From an uncultured delta proteobacterium (lineage in GTDB: Bacteria > Myxococcota_A > Polyangia > Palsa-1104), in NCBI GenBank assembly GCA_963785725.1, contig CAWAWS010000024.1, positions 64,001 through 128,000 of the forward strand: a DNA stretch of 64,000 nt, written 5' to 3'. Of the stretch, positions 20,601 through 32,402 are shown in pieces. The position numbers and the translations under genes were made by a program. How positions within the stretch are numbered: the first letter of the stretch is position 1; each line of letters starts with the position of its first letter. The notes below the pieces were generated by a model. The model was not told the DNA's origin, searched no databases, and saw nothing but the letters and a program-made list of their open reading frames with translations.

Positions 20601-23600
20601 GTCTTTGACCAGCTCGCCGCGCCGTTCGTAGGCGTTGATGAGCCCTTGCCAATCCGACTGCGCCGAGAAGATGCGCTCGAGCGCCGTCTGCGCCGTGTCG
20701 GCTTCGGGATCGAGCTCGAGCACGCGCAAGTACGACGCCGCCGCCTCGCCCGGCTGACCGAGATATTGCAGCTGCAGCTGACCGCGGCGCGCGTAGAGAT
20801 CGGCCAGTCGATAGGCGCGCGAACGCTGCACTTCGACGAGCCGAATCGCCGTGTCGTACAGCTCCATCGCCTGCCGCCACTTCTCGCGGCGATAGCAGAC
20901 GCGCTCGAACGCCGTGAAACAGGTGCGCGAGCCGGGATCGAGCTTGAACGCCTCGGTGTAAGCGGCGAGCGCGCCGTCGAGATCGTTGGAGCGTTCGAGC
21001 AGATCGCCCTTTTGCGCCAACACGCTCGCGCGCTGCTGCGGATCGGTCGTCGCCAGCGCGCGCACGTCGAGGATGCGGTTGAGATCGTCCGAGCGCTTGA
21101 GCTGCGCGTAAATCTCCGCCAGCGACGCCAGCGCTTCACCGTGATGCGGATCGACGCGCAGCGCGTTTTCGTAGGCTTCGGCCGCCGTCTCCGGCCGCGA
21201 CAGGCGCGACTTGCGAATCTCGCCCAGCTTCAGCCACAGCTCGAGCCGGCGCGCGGAGTCGAGCGTCGACTCGCCGTTGCCGATGTCGCCGATGGACAGC
21301 TCGCGCTCGATCGCCGCCGCCAAATCGGCGAAGCGCCCGCGCGACTCGTAGATGCGCTCGAGCGCGCGCGCCGCTTGCGGATCGCGCGGATCGGCCTCGT
21401 CGACGCGATGCCAGGCGCGCGCCGCCGAGTCGGGATTGTTGAGCCGCCGCTCGTACAGATCGGCGAGCGCACGCGCGGCGCGGGCGATCTCTTTCGGCTC
21501 TTCCAAGAGCGACAGCTCCGACTCGCGCGCCTGCGCCAGCTCGTCCCAGCGCTCGAGGTGCTCGAGCGCTTCGCACAAGGCGCGCACCGTGCGCACGCTG
21601 CGCGGCGCCCGCTTGAGCGCGTCGGCGAGCACGTCCCAGTTGCCTTCGCGACGGCACAGCCGCTCGAGGCCCGACAGCGCGGCCGCGTTGGCCGCGTCGA
21701 TGCGCAAGGCTTCGCGATAAGCCGCCAGCGCCGCTTTCAAGTCGCCGCCTTCGGCCTGATCGGCGGCGCGCGCCATCTCCAAGTGCAGCTCGAGCTGACG
21801 ATCGCGATCGTTCGTCAGCTTGAGCTCGCGGCGTAAGACGTCGAGCAGCTCGGGCAAGCGCCGATGACGCCGATGCAGCGTCGCCAACGCCGCCAGCGCC
21901 TGCATACACTCGCCGTCGCGTTCGAGCGCGCGATCGTAGGAGCGGCGCGCCGAGTCGTCGTCGTTGAGCCGCTTCTCGTAGATGTCGCCGATCTCGCACA
22001 AGAGCGTGGCCGCGCGCGTGCCGGCCGCCGTCTTCGCCGCCTGCTCGCGCAGCTCGACGGCGCGCGCCCACTTGCCGCTCTCGCCGAGCAGCCGCGCGAA
22101 CGCATGCAGCGTCGTGACGTCTTCGGGCGCCAACTCCAGCGCCTTCTCGTAATGCTCGTGCGCCGTCTTCTGATCGAGCAGATGCTCGCCGGCCACGCGC
22201 GCCAGCTGCCGATGCAGCCGCGCCTGCGCCTCTTTGGAGCGCACGAGGCCGATGATCGCCTTGAGCGCCGTCGCCAGCTCGGCGTAGTTCTGGTTCTTGC
22301 GATAGATCATCACTCGCCCGGCGTGGACGAGCAGATCATCGGGATCGCGATCGGCGGCGGCGTTGAACGAGGACTCGGCCTCGCCCGCCTGCCCGGCTTC
22401 GAGCGCCAGCGCGCCGGCGATGGCGTAGTAGGTCGCGCCGCGTCGCGCGTCGACGTTGGGCGCCGCGCCCAGCCGCTGATAGGTGTGCACCAGCTGACCG
22501 GCGTCGTGGGCGCGACGATGCGCGCGCGCCAAGGCTTCGAGCGGCGCGCGCTGGCCCGAGGCGTCGGCGGCTTGGCGCCAGCGCGCCACCATCGTCTCCG
22601 GCGGATCGCCGGCCACTTCCGACGCGCGCGCCGCGAGCGCCAAATGCCCGACGCCGGCCGCGCCGCGCGCGCGACCGGTCTGCTCGAGAATCTGCGCCGC
22701 TTCCGACGCCGCGCCGCGGAGGATGCGCAGGCGCGCCAGCACCATCGCCACGGCGCCGTCGGACGGCGCCGCCGCGTGCAAGCGGCCGTAGAGCACTTCG
22801 GCGCGCGCGGCATCGCCGACTCGCGCGTCCCATATTTCGGCGGCCCGACGCAGATAGGCGTTCGACCACGCGGCCGAGCCGGCCATGCGCGCCAGCTGCT
22901 CCCACGCGTCGGCGGCGCGCGCCCACTCGCCGCGCTTGGCTTCGAGCCGCGCCCGCGCCCGCCACGCCAGCAGCGAGCCGAAGTCGTCGCGGCGCACATT
23001 GCCGGGACCACCGCCCTCGACGAGCTCGGCGATCAGCTCCGCCGCTTCGCCTTCGCCGCCCGACTTCTCCAGCGTCGTCGCCAACAGATATTGCGCGACC
23101 GCGCGTTCGGCGCCGGCGCCGCTCTCGTGCTCGAGCGCCTCCAGCTTGACGCGATGCACATCGGCCGCCGACGTATCGTCGAGCTCGAGCAGCCGCTCGA
23201 TGATGTACGGCAGCTGCTCCGAATGCTCCGCCGTCGCGCTCGCGAACGCGCGCGTCAACAGCGCCCGCGCCGTGCTCACGTCGCCCAAGCAATCTTGCGC
23301 CGTCGCCGCCGCTTCGGTCACGGCGTCGACGTCGTGCTCGTCGGCGCCGGCGAGCTTCGCCAGCGGCGCCCAGCTTCCCGCGAGCGCCAACGCCAACCGG
23401 CGCGCGAGCTTGCCTTCATCGCCGGCGAGCGCCAGCACTTCGGCCGCCTGCGCCGCGTCGCGCGGCCGCCAAATCAACAGCGAGCCCAGCTCCGCCAGAT
23501 CGGCCTTGTCGCCGCGCTTCTTGGCCTCGGCGATACACGCGTGCAGGAGCTGCTCGTCCTTGAGCTCGATCGCCGCCGCCAGCTTCAGCGCCGGCACCAG

Positions 23601-23927
23601 CGGATGGTCCACTTTGTCGACGAGCGCGAGCGCTTTTTGCACGTCCGAGCGCCCATCCCAAGCGAGCAACGCGGCACGCACGCGCAAGTCGGCGGCGCGC
23701 CGCTTCGCCTTGGCGTCGGCCTCGGCCGTCTGCGGCTGCCCCTTCTTGCGCTCGGGCTCTTGCTGCCACTCGGCCTCGGCAGCGACGAGCGCCAGCAGCT
23801 CGTCGACGGGATTGTCGGCCGATGGCGAGACGATGGAAGGCTGGGAGTCGACCGCGGCGCGCGGGAGCGGCGGCGGTCCGCGTCGAGCCCCGGACGCCGA
23901 AGCGGGCGGCTGGAGCCCATCAGGCAT
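17696..23927 (-). CDS. Giant cytoplasmic TPR protein (~2075 aa) with degenerate M48-peptidase-like C-terminus (apparent frameshift ~18376)
   Basis: Dozens of TPR-like repeats ([15 protein letters not shown]). ORF 17696..18364 continues it with [21 protein letters not shown]. Confidence 0.88.
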
Positions 23928-24036
23928 AAGTCACCACACGCATGCGATGCCCCCAGTGTAACAGACGTAGGCCCGCTTGCAAAGTGACCGCGAAACGATT
24001 TTTGCTTTTAAACCTTGTACTTAGTAGGGCGACTGC

Positions 24037-25296
<1,260 letters not shown>

Positions 25297-25317
25297 GATC
25301 AGGAGTCTCGGCCGATT

Positions 25318-26346
25318 CTACCAGCTAAGCTTCTGCCGTGCTCCACCTTTGATATCGAGCTGGAGCGATTTCTCCCGCGAGTTGTCGAAGCTCTTGTAGG
25401 CGATGACGTGCTTGCCCTCGGGGATTCCGGCCTCGTCCCACAAGCCGATGTCCTTGCCGTCGACGCGCACGCGCGCCCACGGGTCGAGCTTCGTCACGAG
25501 CACGCCGAACGCGAAGAACTTGGTCGCGTCCTTGTTCGAGGCCACGTCGACCCGCAGGTTGCGCACGATGTGAAACTGCTCGTTCTCGAGCCCGACGATG
25601 TATTTGCCCGGCGGCAGCGTGTAGCGCTTGAGCGGCGTCGAGCGGCCGGTGTCGCGCCCGTTGACGGTGACTTTGCACGGGAACGACGCGTCGACGCTGA
25701 TCGAGCCGAGGATGTGATCCTTGGCCAAGTTCTCGCGCACGGTGTCGGCGATTTTTCCGTCTGGCCGCACGCGTAAATAATCGGCGAGGAAGTTCCGCTC
25801 CTGCGTGCGGTCGCCGATCTTGCCGTAGACGGCGCCGAGCAGACGATAAGGACCGGGCAGGTCGGGATCGAGCAGCAGCGCCGCCTGCAGCTCGTTCACG
25901 GCCGACTGATAACGCTTGGTCTGCGCGTCCTTCTTGCCCTCTTCGAACAGCCGCTTGGACTCGTTCGTGGCCGGCGTCGGACGAAACAGCGTCTCGGTGA
26001 ACGGCGCCGGCGCGTCTTCCAGGCGGCGCGCCTCCGACTCGGCGCGTGACTTGCGCGCGCCATCGGCGTCGGGACGCGCGGCGAAGCGTTTGTACTCGAC
26101 GATCGCATCTTCATATTGGCCGGCGAGCGTGTAGACCTCGGCCAGCCGATATTGCGGCGTCGAATCTTTGGGCCGCAGCGCGCCCAGGCCGCGCAACAGC
26201 GTCACGGCGCGGGCATATTGCCCGTTCGAGACCGCCGATTCGGCGGCCTTCTCGAGCCACGCACCATCATCCGCGGCCCACGCCAGCGACGGCGCAACCA
26301 GAGGTGAACAGAGCAACAACGCGACCGCCAACGCGAGCGTTCTCAT
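25318..26346 (-). CDS. Exported TPR + PEGA-like domain protein
   Basis: Signal peptide, TPRs (PGPYRLLGAVY), PEGA-like VTVNGRDTGRSTPL..LPPGKY and WARVRVDG. Confidence 0.85.
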   Translation of the reverse strand: MRTLALAVALLLCSPLVAPSLAWAADDGAWLEKAAESAVSNGQYARAVTLLRGLGALRPKDSTPQYRLAEVYTLAGQYEDAIVEYKRFAARPDADGARKSRAESEARRLEDAPAPFTETLFRPTPATNESKRLFEEGKKDAQTKRYQSAVNELQAALLLDPDLPGPYRLLGAVYGKIGDRTQERNFLADYLRVRPDGKIADTVRENLAKDHILGSISVDASFPCKVTVNGRDTGRSTPLKRYTLPPGKYIVGLENEQFHIVRNLRVDVASNKDATKFFAFGVLVTKLDPWARVRVDGKDIGLWDEAGIPEGKHVIAYKSFDNSREKSLQLDIKGGARQKLSW

Positions 26347-26380
26347 GTTTTCGGCAGGGTCACCTTAACACGGCCGCTGA

Positions 26381-26409
26381 TTGCTTTCGTCAAAAAATTT
26401 CGATACGAT
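26381..26409 (+). promoter_or_regulatory. Putative sigma70-type promoter
   Basis: TTGCTT-N17-TACGAT in an AT-rich divergent intergenic region. Confidence 0.5.
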
Positions 26410-26440
26410 AGTCGGCCAGGCCACTCTGGCCACGGGGCGC

Positions 26441-27382
26441 ATGACGGTATCCGTTCCTCAGGCAATCGTGCTCGAGAGAAACAAGCTAGTCCTGCGAAGG
26501 ATCGCGCGCGTGCTCGGGTGTGCCGGCTTCGAAGTACGTACGTTCGAAGAGCCGGACAAGATCGATGCAGCGGCGATTGACGCGGCGGAGCTGTTGATGG
26601 CCGACGCCTTCGACGCCGATCTAGTCATGAAGCACTTGCGCGCTCACGCGAGGCTGCGCGCGGCCCTCTATTCAGGCGAGCCGCTCGATCGGCTGCTCGG
26701 CAAAGCGTTGGAAGAGCCGCGCCTGGTCGGCTTGCTCGGCCGCTCGTCGTTCGAGACGCCGCCGCGCGAGGACGATCTGCTGCACGTCGCCCGCCGCGCC
26801 ATCGACAAGGCGTCGCCGCCGTTCGAGGCGCACTTGGCGTGGGGCGCGGCCGGCTTCGCCTACTCGCTCACCGACATGAAAGGGCGCGATCACGCCGTCA
26901 ACGAGACCATCGCGTTCGCCGGCAAGCTGGGCGCGCCCAAGCGCGTCGGCGAGATGCTGGGCGAGCTGGCGCACGAGCTCATCATGAACGCGCTCTACGA
27001 CGCGCCCGTCGACGAGTTCGGCCGCCCGCGCTTCGCCCACGATCGCAAGGCCGAGATTCAGCTCAGCGACTTGGACGCCGCCGAGTTCCGCTGCGGCTCC
27101 GACGGCGTGCGCATCGCCGTCGAGATCGTCGACCGCTTCGGCCGCCTGCAGCGCCAGCACGTCTTCGGCGGCCTCGTGCGCGGCTTGAAGGCGGGCCAGA
27201 TGGACACCGCCGGCGGCGGCGCCGGCCTCGGCATGCTCGTCGCCTATCGCTCGACGACGGCGCTGTTTTACGACGTCGACCCGGGCCTGCGCACGCGCGT
27301 CACCGGCCTCTTCGACCTCGATCTCAACCTGCGCGAGTTCCGCCAGCTGCCGAAGACGATCCACTTTCCAGAGGGAACATGA
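26441..27382 (+). CDS. Pseudo-receiver + HATPase (RsbW/SpoIIAB anti-sigma-kinase-like) protein, paralog 1
   Basis: N-box ELAHELIMNALYDAP, variant G1 VDRFG, G2 GGAGLG. No HisKA dimerisation domain. Degenerate receiver-like N-terminus. Confidence 0.7.
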   Translation: MTVSVPQAIVLERNKLVLRRIARVLGCAGFEVRTFEEPDKIDAAAIDAAELLMADAFDADLVMKHLRAHARLRAALYSGEPLDRLLGKALEEPRLVGLLGRSSFETPPREDDLLHVARRAIDKASPPFEAHLAWGAAGFAYSLTDMKGRDHAVNETIAFAGKLGAPKRVGEMLGELAHELIMNALYDAPVDEFGRPRFAHDRKAEIQLSDLDAAEFRCGSDGVRIAVEIVDRFGRLQRQHVFGGLVRGLKAGQMDTAGGGAGLGMLVAYRSTTALFYDVDPGLRTRVTGLFDLDLNLREFRQLPKTIHFPEGT

Positions 27383-29616
27383 TGCCCACCGGCTCGACAG
27401 ATCCGGGCACGAAGCCCAAGCTGCGCGTCGACAAAACGTCCGAGGGCGGCATCACGCTGCTCAAGCTCGCGGGCACCATCGACGAGCAGTTCGAGGGCAA
27501 GCAGATCGCGTCCGGCATCAAAGGCGGCACGTTGCTGCTCGAGCTGGCCGAGATCGAGCGCATCAGCTCCTTCGGCATCCGCGAGTGGGTCGACTTCATC
27601 AGCGCCGTCTCCAGCAGAGTGCAGTCGCTGTGGTTCGTCGAGTGCGCGCCCAAGGTCGTCGATCAGTTCAACATGGTCGCCAACTTCGGCGGCTTGGGCC
27701 ACCTCATCAGCTTCTACGCGCCCTATCGCTGCGACTATTGCGACGACGATCGCCGCCGCCTCGTGCAAGTGGCGCAGGAGTGGGAGCAGCTCAAGACCGG
27801 CAAGCTGCCCGAGCGCGTCTGCGAGTCGTGCGGCAACGCCGAATACTTCGACGAAGATCCGCTGACCTTCTTCTCGTTCCTGCAGTCGCATCCGCCGGTG
27901 GCGACGCCGCCGGACGTGGCGGCGTTCTTGGCGACGCGGCTCAACTACACGGTCGACGCCGGCGCGCGCAAGCTCAAGATCGAGAAGCAGATCGACGGCC
28001 GCGCCACGTTCTTGAAGCTCTCGGGTGACCTCGACGGCAGCTTCCCGCGCGAGAAGATCGCCGACGGCGCCGAAGGTGACGTGCTCTTCGACCTCTCGGG
28101 CATCGGCAAGATCGATCCCGCGGGCGCGGCCGAGTGGCGGCAGATGATGGCGCAGATCGCCGCGCCTTCGGAGCGCATCGTCATCGTGGGCGCGCCGGCG
28201 GCGTTCGTCGAGCGGCTCACCAAAGCGGAAGATCTCGGGCAAAAAGGGCTGATTTTATCGTTCGCGATGCCCTACACCTGTCCGACCTGCCGCTCGACGT
28301 CGGCGCGCGAAGTGGACGTCGCGCAGCACTGGGACGTCTTGAAGTTCGCGTCGGCGCCGGAGCTCAAGTGCCCCGATTGCGGCTCACCGACGACGTGCGC
28401 GGCTTCGGAGGCGCTGCTCGCGCACTTGCCGTCGCTGCCGCGGCCCGATGTGCCCGACGAGCTGCGCAAGCAGCTCAAGACCTTCCGCGAAGAGGCGCTC
28501 AAGAAGTCGCTGCTGCAGAAGAATTCGGGGCCGATCGCGACGGCTTATCCGAGCTTGCCGGTGGCGCAGTCGTCGGCGGGGCGCGGCGCGTTCTCGTGGC
28601 TGACGGCGCTGGTGGCGGCCGGCATCGTCGTCGTGGCCGGCGGCGCGATCCTCGTCGTCAAGAGCCTGGCGCAGAATCACGGCAGCGCCGACTCGGGCGA
28701 GAAGCTGGAGGCGTCGCAGCCCAATCGGCCGGCGTGGGTCGATCAGACGTTCTTCCGCGAGAGTGACCGGCTGCTCTTCGTCGGCCACTCGACGCTGGTC
28801 TCGGACAAGGCGGATGGCTTCGCCGAGGCCGAATCGGGCGCGCTCGAAGAGGTGGCCAACCAAATGGGCCTCTCGATTCGCGATCCGGCGTGGCTCGATC
28901 AAGTGCGCACGCAATACGAAGCCTTCCGCTCCAAGGCGATCGGCGATCTGGAGAAGGCGACGGTGTCCGGCGATCCGGCGGAGATCGAGCGAGCGCGGCG
29001 CGCGGCGCGTGAAGGCCGGCGGCGCGTGGCCGAGTCGCTGCGCAAGACGGGCGCCGGCTTGGCGCCGACCGAGCGCAACGATCTATATTGGGAGAAGCTG
29101 CAGACGCGCGACGGGCTGAAGTACCAAGTCAGCATTCGCTACGCCATCCCGAAGGCGAACTTCGAGAAGCTCGTCGAGTCCTACGCCACGCCCGAGACGG
29201 CGATGGGCGCCAAAGCGGTCTCCTATTTCCCCGAGCTCGGCTGGCGCTTCGACGTGACCGAAGGCGCCGTCGTCACGAAGGTGGCCAACGACTCGAGCCT
29301 GCGCTTCGCCGGCATTCAAGAGGGCGACTTGATCTTGTCGGGCATGGATCGCGTGGTCCACGACGCCCGCTCGTGGAAGCGCGTGCTCGAGGAGGAGTCG
29401 GCGGCGCTGGCGCGCGAAGGCGGCGCGCTCGTCCTCAAGGTCAAGCGCGGCGACGCGCCGGCGATCGACACGCGGCTGCGCATCGCGCGCGGCGGCGCGG
29501 CCTCGGAAGACGCGTCGAACAAGCTGCATCAGACGTCGCAAGCGAAGCACAACAGCCCCAATCCGAAGTCTAAAAACCAAACCGGCAACATCTGGGATGA
29601 CAACCCGGAGGAGTAG
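27379..29616 (+). CDS. Transmembrane protein: tandem STAS-like/zinc-ribbon domains - TM - periplasmic LPP20-like and PDZ-like domains
   Basis: RISSFGIREW..CDYC..CESC, KIDPAGAAEW..CPTC..CPDC, TM WLTALVAAGIVVVAGGAILVV, PDZ-like GAVVTKVANDS..AGIQEGDLIL..VKRG. ATGA overlap with the upstream gene. Confidence 0.8.
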   Translation: MMPTGSTDPGTKPKLRVDKTSEGGITLLKLAGTIDEQFEGKQIASGIKGGTLLLELAEIERISSFGIREWVDFISAVSSRVQSLWFVECAPKVVDQFNMVANFGGLGHLISFYAPYRCDYCDDDRRRLVQVAQEWEQLKTGKLPERVCESCGNAEYFDEDPLTFFSFLQSHPPVATPPDVAAFLATRLNYTVDAGARKLKIEKQIDGRATFLKLSGDLDGSFPREKIADGAEGDVLFDLSGIGKIDPAGAAEWRQMMAQIAAPSERIVIVGAPAAFVERLTKAEDLGQKGLILSFAMPYTCPTCRSTSAREVDVAQHWDVLKFASAPELKCPDCGSPTTCAASEALLAHLPSLPRPDVPDELRKQLKTFREEALKKSLLQKNSGPIATAYPSLPVAQSSAGRGAFSWLTALVAAGIVVVAGGAILVVKSLAQNHGSADSGEKLEASQPNRPAWVDQTFFRESDRLLFVGHSTLVSDKADGFAEAESGALEEVANQMGLSIRDPAWLDQVRTQYEAFRSKAIGDLEKATVSGDPAEIERARRAAREGRRRVAESLRKTGAGLAPTERNDLYWEKLQTRDGLKYQVSIRYAIPKANFEKLVESYATPETAMGAKAVSYFPELGWRFDVTEGAVVTKVANDSSLRFAGIQEGDLILSGMDRVVHDARSWKRVLEEESAALAREGGALVLKVKRGDAPAIDTRLRIARGGAASEDASNKLHQTSQAKHNSPNPKSKNQTGNIWDDNPEE

Positions 29617-29618
29617 AC

Positions 29619-30746
29619 TTGCTCAGATTATGTGCTTTGGGAGTTGCGCTGACGGCGCTGCTCACCGCCGGTGCTGCACGCGGCGCGGGGGCGAACGAAG
29701 ATGAACGTGAAGTAGCAGCCTCGGGCAACGAAGACGCCAAGAAGCGCTTCGCCGAGGGTAACGAGCGCTATGCGCGCGGCGAGTACGAAGCGGCGATCGA
29801 GTCGTTTCGTGCGGCGATCGCGGCCGAGCCGAAGCTGCCCGGGCCCTATCGCAACCTGGGCTTGGCCTATCGCGCGCTCAATCGCTGCGCCGATGCGCTG
29901 CCGGTGTACGAGAAGTATTTGTCGCTGAAGCCGGAGTCGCGCTTCACCGAGCGCGTCAAGAAGGAGATCGACTTGTGCCGCACGAAGCTGGGGCAGGCCA
30001 AGCCGCAGCCGACGACGGCGCCGGTCACGACGACGCCGACGCCGCCGCCGACGACGACGGCACCCGCGCAACAGCCGCATCCGGAGATGGCGCAGGGCAT
30101 CTTGCACGTCGCGGCCAACCTCATCGGCGGCGAGGCCACCGACGAAGCGACGGTCAAGGTCGACGGCCTCGTGCGCGGCGCGACGCCGATGACGATTCCG
30201 GTGACCGCGGGCGTGCACAAGATCGATCTGGCGCGCATGGGCTTCGAGAGCGCGTCGGCGACGGTCGAAGTCGGGCCCGGCGAGCGTCGCGACGTCGAGC
30301 TGACGATCAACAAGCTGGCGCAGGCGGCGATCGTGCCCATCGTGTCGCCGACGGGAAATTCGCAGTCGACGGTGCCGGTGGACGAGTCGACCGGCCCCAA
30401 GAAGAGCTACGCGAAATATGGCTGGATCATGCTCGGCGTGGCCGCGGTCACGGGCGCGGTCGGCGCCGGCTTCGGCATCGCCGAGTCCAAGCTGCATCGC
30501 GACGCCGTCGCTGCCGATCCGTCGATGACGTCGCGCAGCTACGTCAACGCCAAGGAGCACACCGGGCAAATCTACGGCGACGTGGCCGAGGCCGGCTTGG
30601 CCGTCGGCGGCGCGGCGCTCTTGGCCGGCGCCATCATCCTCATCGCCGATCCGTCGCGCGGCGAGACCCACGAAACGCAGAAGTACGTCATCGCGCCGGC
30701 GATCGATCGCAACGGCGGCAGCCTCGTCGCGACGGTGCGCTTCTAG
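29619..30746 (+). CDS. Exported TPR + PEGA protein with C-terminal hydrophobic segments
   Basis: Signal peptide, PGPYRNLGLAY TPR, PEGA ATVKVDG..GATP..GVHKI, ends in VRF. Confidence 0.88.
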   Translation: MLRLCALGVALTALLTAGAARGAGANEDEREVAASGNEDAKKRFAEGNERYARGEYEAAIESFRAAIAAEPKLPGPYRNLGLAYRALNRCADALPVYEKYLSLKPESRFTERVKKEIDLCRTKLGQAKPQPTTAPVTTTPTPPPTTTAPAQQPHPEMAQGILHVAANLIGGEATDEATVKVDGLVRGATPMTIPVTAGVHKIDLARMGFESASATVEVGPGERRDVELTINKLAQAAIVPIVSPTGNSQSTVPVDESTGPKKSYAKYGWIMLGVAAVTGAVGAGFGIAESKLHRDAVAADPSMTSRSYVNAKEHTGQIYGDVAEAGLAVGGAALLAGAIILIADPSRGETHETQKYVIAPAIDRNGGSLVATVRF

Positions 30747-30964
30747 TGCGCGCCTTCGGTAGGATTCTCTTGGCCGCGGCCGCCGCGGCCACGCTCGCCG
30801 GCTGCCCGGCCGCGCACGGCAGCTATCCCTCGCGCGCCTGCATGCTCGACAGCGACTGCTACGAGAACGAGCACTGCGAAAACGCCACCAGCTGCGTCGC
30901 CGACACGGCGGCCACTGACCTCAGCATCGTAGACTCGGGCCCGACGACGGGAGACGACCAATGA
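30746..30964 (+). CDS. Small Cys-rich lipoprotein
   Basis: Lipobox LAGC, CMLDSDCYENEHC..C. Overlaps both neighbours (TAGTG, ATGA). Confidence 0.7.
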   Translation: MRAFGRILLAAAAAATLAGCPAAHGSYPSRACMLDSDCYENEHCENATSCVADTAATDLSIVDSGPTTGDDQ

Positions 30965-32223
30965 GCCGCCGCACCCGGGTCCATCAGCACGCCGCGCTCT
31001 TCGCGCTGATCGCGCTGTCGAATTACGCCTACGGCGCCGGTCTGTCGCGCCCGAACGTCGTCGGCGCGCGCGCCATCGGCATGGGCGGCGCCTTCACCGC
31101 CGTCGCCGACGATCCCACCGCCGTCTGGTACAACCCGTCGGGCACCGCCATTTACGGCGACAACGTCGGCTACGTCGGCGGCGAGCTCGTCTTCGCCAAC
31201 CGCAGCTATACGCCCGACGCGCAGAGCACGCTCGGCCAAGCCGGCATCACCAACAAGATCACCGAGAACACCGGCGCGACGTTCATTCCCGTGCTCGGCT
31301 TCACGACGCGCTTCGGCCTCGGCAAGAACGCGCCCACGCGCTTCGCCTTCAGCATCGCCGCCTATGACGCGTACGGCGGCAGCATCAGCTTCAACCCGTC
31401 GAGCGTGACCAGCGCCGGCAAGGTCATCGGCATCACGTCGTCGAAGGTCTTGTCCTACGAAGTCGCGCCCACGCTCGCCTATCAAGTGAGTGACCGCTTG
31501 TCGGTGGGCGCGTCGTTGCGCATCGGCGTCAACACCTTCAGCGTCGACGACACCGAGACCGCCTTCGCCGCCAACTTGTCGGGCACCGGCGTCGGCGTCG
31601 GCGCGACGTTGGGCGCGATGGTGAAGCTGCATCGCATGGTGCAAGTCGGCCTCGTCTATCGCTCGCCGATGTCGGTCGCCATCAGCGGCACGAGCCCGGT
31701 CTCGATCGGCTCGGCGGCGCCGACGCAGCAGGACTTCGGCGTGCACATCCACTGGCCGCAGTCGGCCGGCGCCGGCATCGCGGTCACGCCCTATTCGCGC
31801 ATCATGCTGAGCGCGCAGGCCGATTGGACCGGCTGGTCGTCGCTGCAGAAGCTCGACCTGACCGTCGCCGGCATCGCCGTGCCCAAAGAGCTGCGTTACA
31901 TGGACACCTACGCCGTGCATATCGGCGCGCAGGGCATCATCACGCGCTGGCTCTTATTGCGCGTCGGTTACACGTACGACAGCAACGCCATCCCCGATCG
32001 CGACGTCCGCCGCGAGAACGAGGACGCCGTCAAGCAGACCATCGCCGCCGGTTTCGGCCTGCACTTCTGGAAGATCTTCATCGACGGCGCCTTCGAGTCG
32101 TTCCTGCCGTTGGCGGCGCGCGTCGTCTCCACGCCCATTCCGGCCACGGCGCCGGAAAACGAAACCGGGCGTTACTCGGCCACCGTTTACTCGGCCGAGC
32201 TCTCCGCGCAAATCCGCTTCTGA
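30961..32223 (+). CDS. OmpP1/FadL/TodX family outer-membrane channel
   Basis: GARAIGMGGAFTAVADDPTAVWYNPSG hatch motif, WTGWS, RVGYTYD, terminal F. Confidence 0.9.
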   Translation: MSRRTRVHQHAALFALIALSNYAYGAGLSRPNVVGARAIGMGGAFTAVADDPTAVWYNPSGTAIYGDNVGYVGGELVFANRSYTPDAQSTLGQAGITNKITENTGATFIPVLGFTTRFGLGKNAPTRFAFSIAAYDAYGGSISFNPSSVTSAGKVIGITSSKVLSYEVAPTLAYQVSDRLSVGASLRIGVNTFSVDDTETAFAANLSGTGVGVGATLGAMVKLHRMVQVGLVYRSPMSVAISGTSPVSIGSAAPTQQDFGVHIHWPQSAGAGIAVTPYSRIMLSAQADWTGWSSLQKLDLTVAGIAVPKELRYMDTYAVHIGAQGIITRWLLLRVGYTYDSNAIPDRDVRRENEDAVKQTIAAGFGLHFWKIFIDGAFESFLPLAARVVSTPIPATAPENETGRYSATVYSAELSAQIRF

Positions 32224-32327
32224 CGCGCTGTCACGACGCAATTTCCCGTCGAGAAACCGGCCTCGTTCAAGGTCGAGGTGTACTCAAAGTAGTATATCGG
32301 CGGTAGCGAAAACTCGTTTAGTTGACC

Positions 32328-32357
32328 TTGACTTTGAATTCAAAAAAACGATACGAT
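32328..32357 (+). promoter_or_regulatory. Putative sigma70-type promoter with embedded palindrome
   Basis: TTGACT-N18-TACGAT. TTTGAATTCAAA palindrome at 32333-32344. Confidence 0.5.
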
Positions 32358-32402
32358 GCGGGCGACGCGGCGTAATTTTATGTGCCGCATTCGAGGGCCT
32401 GA

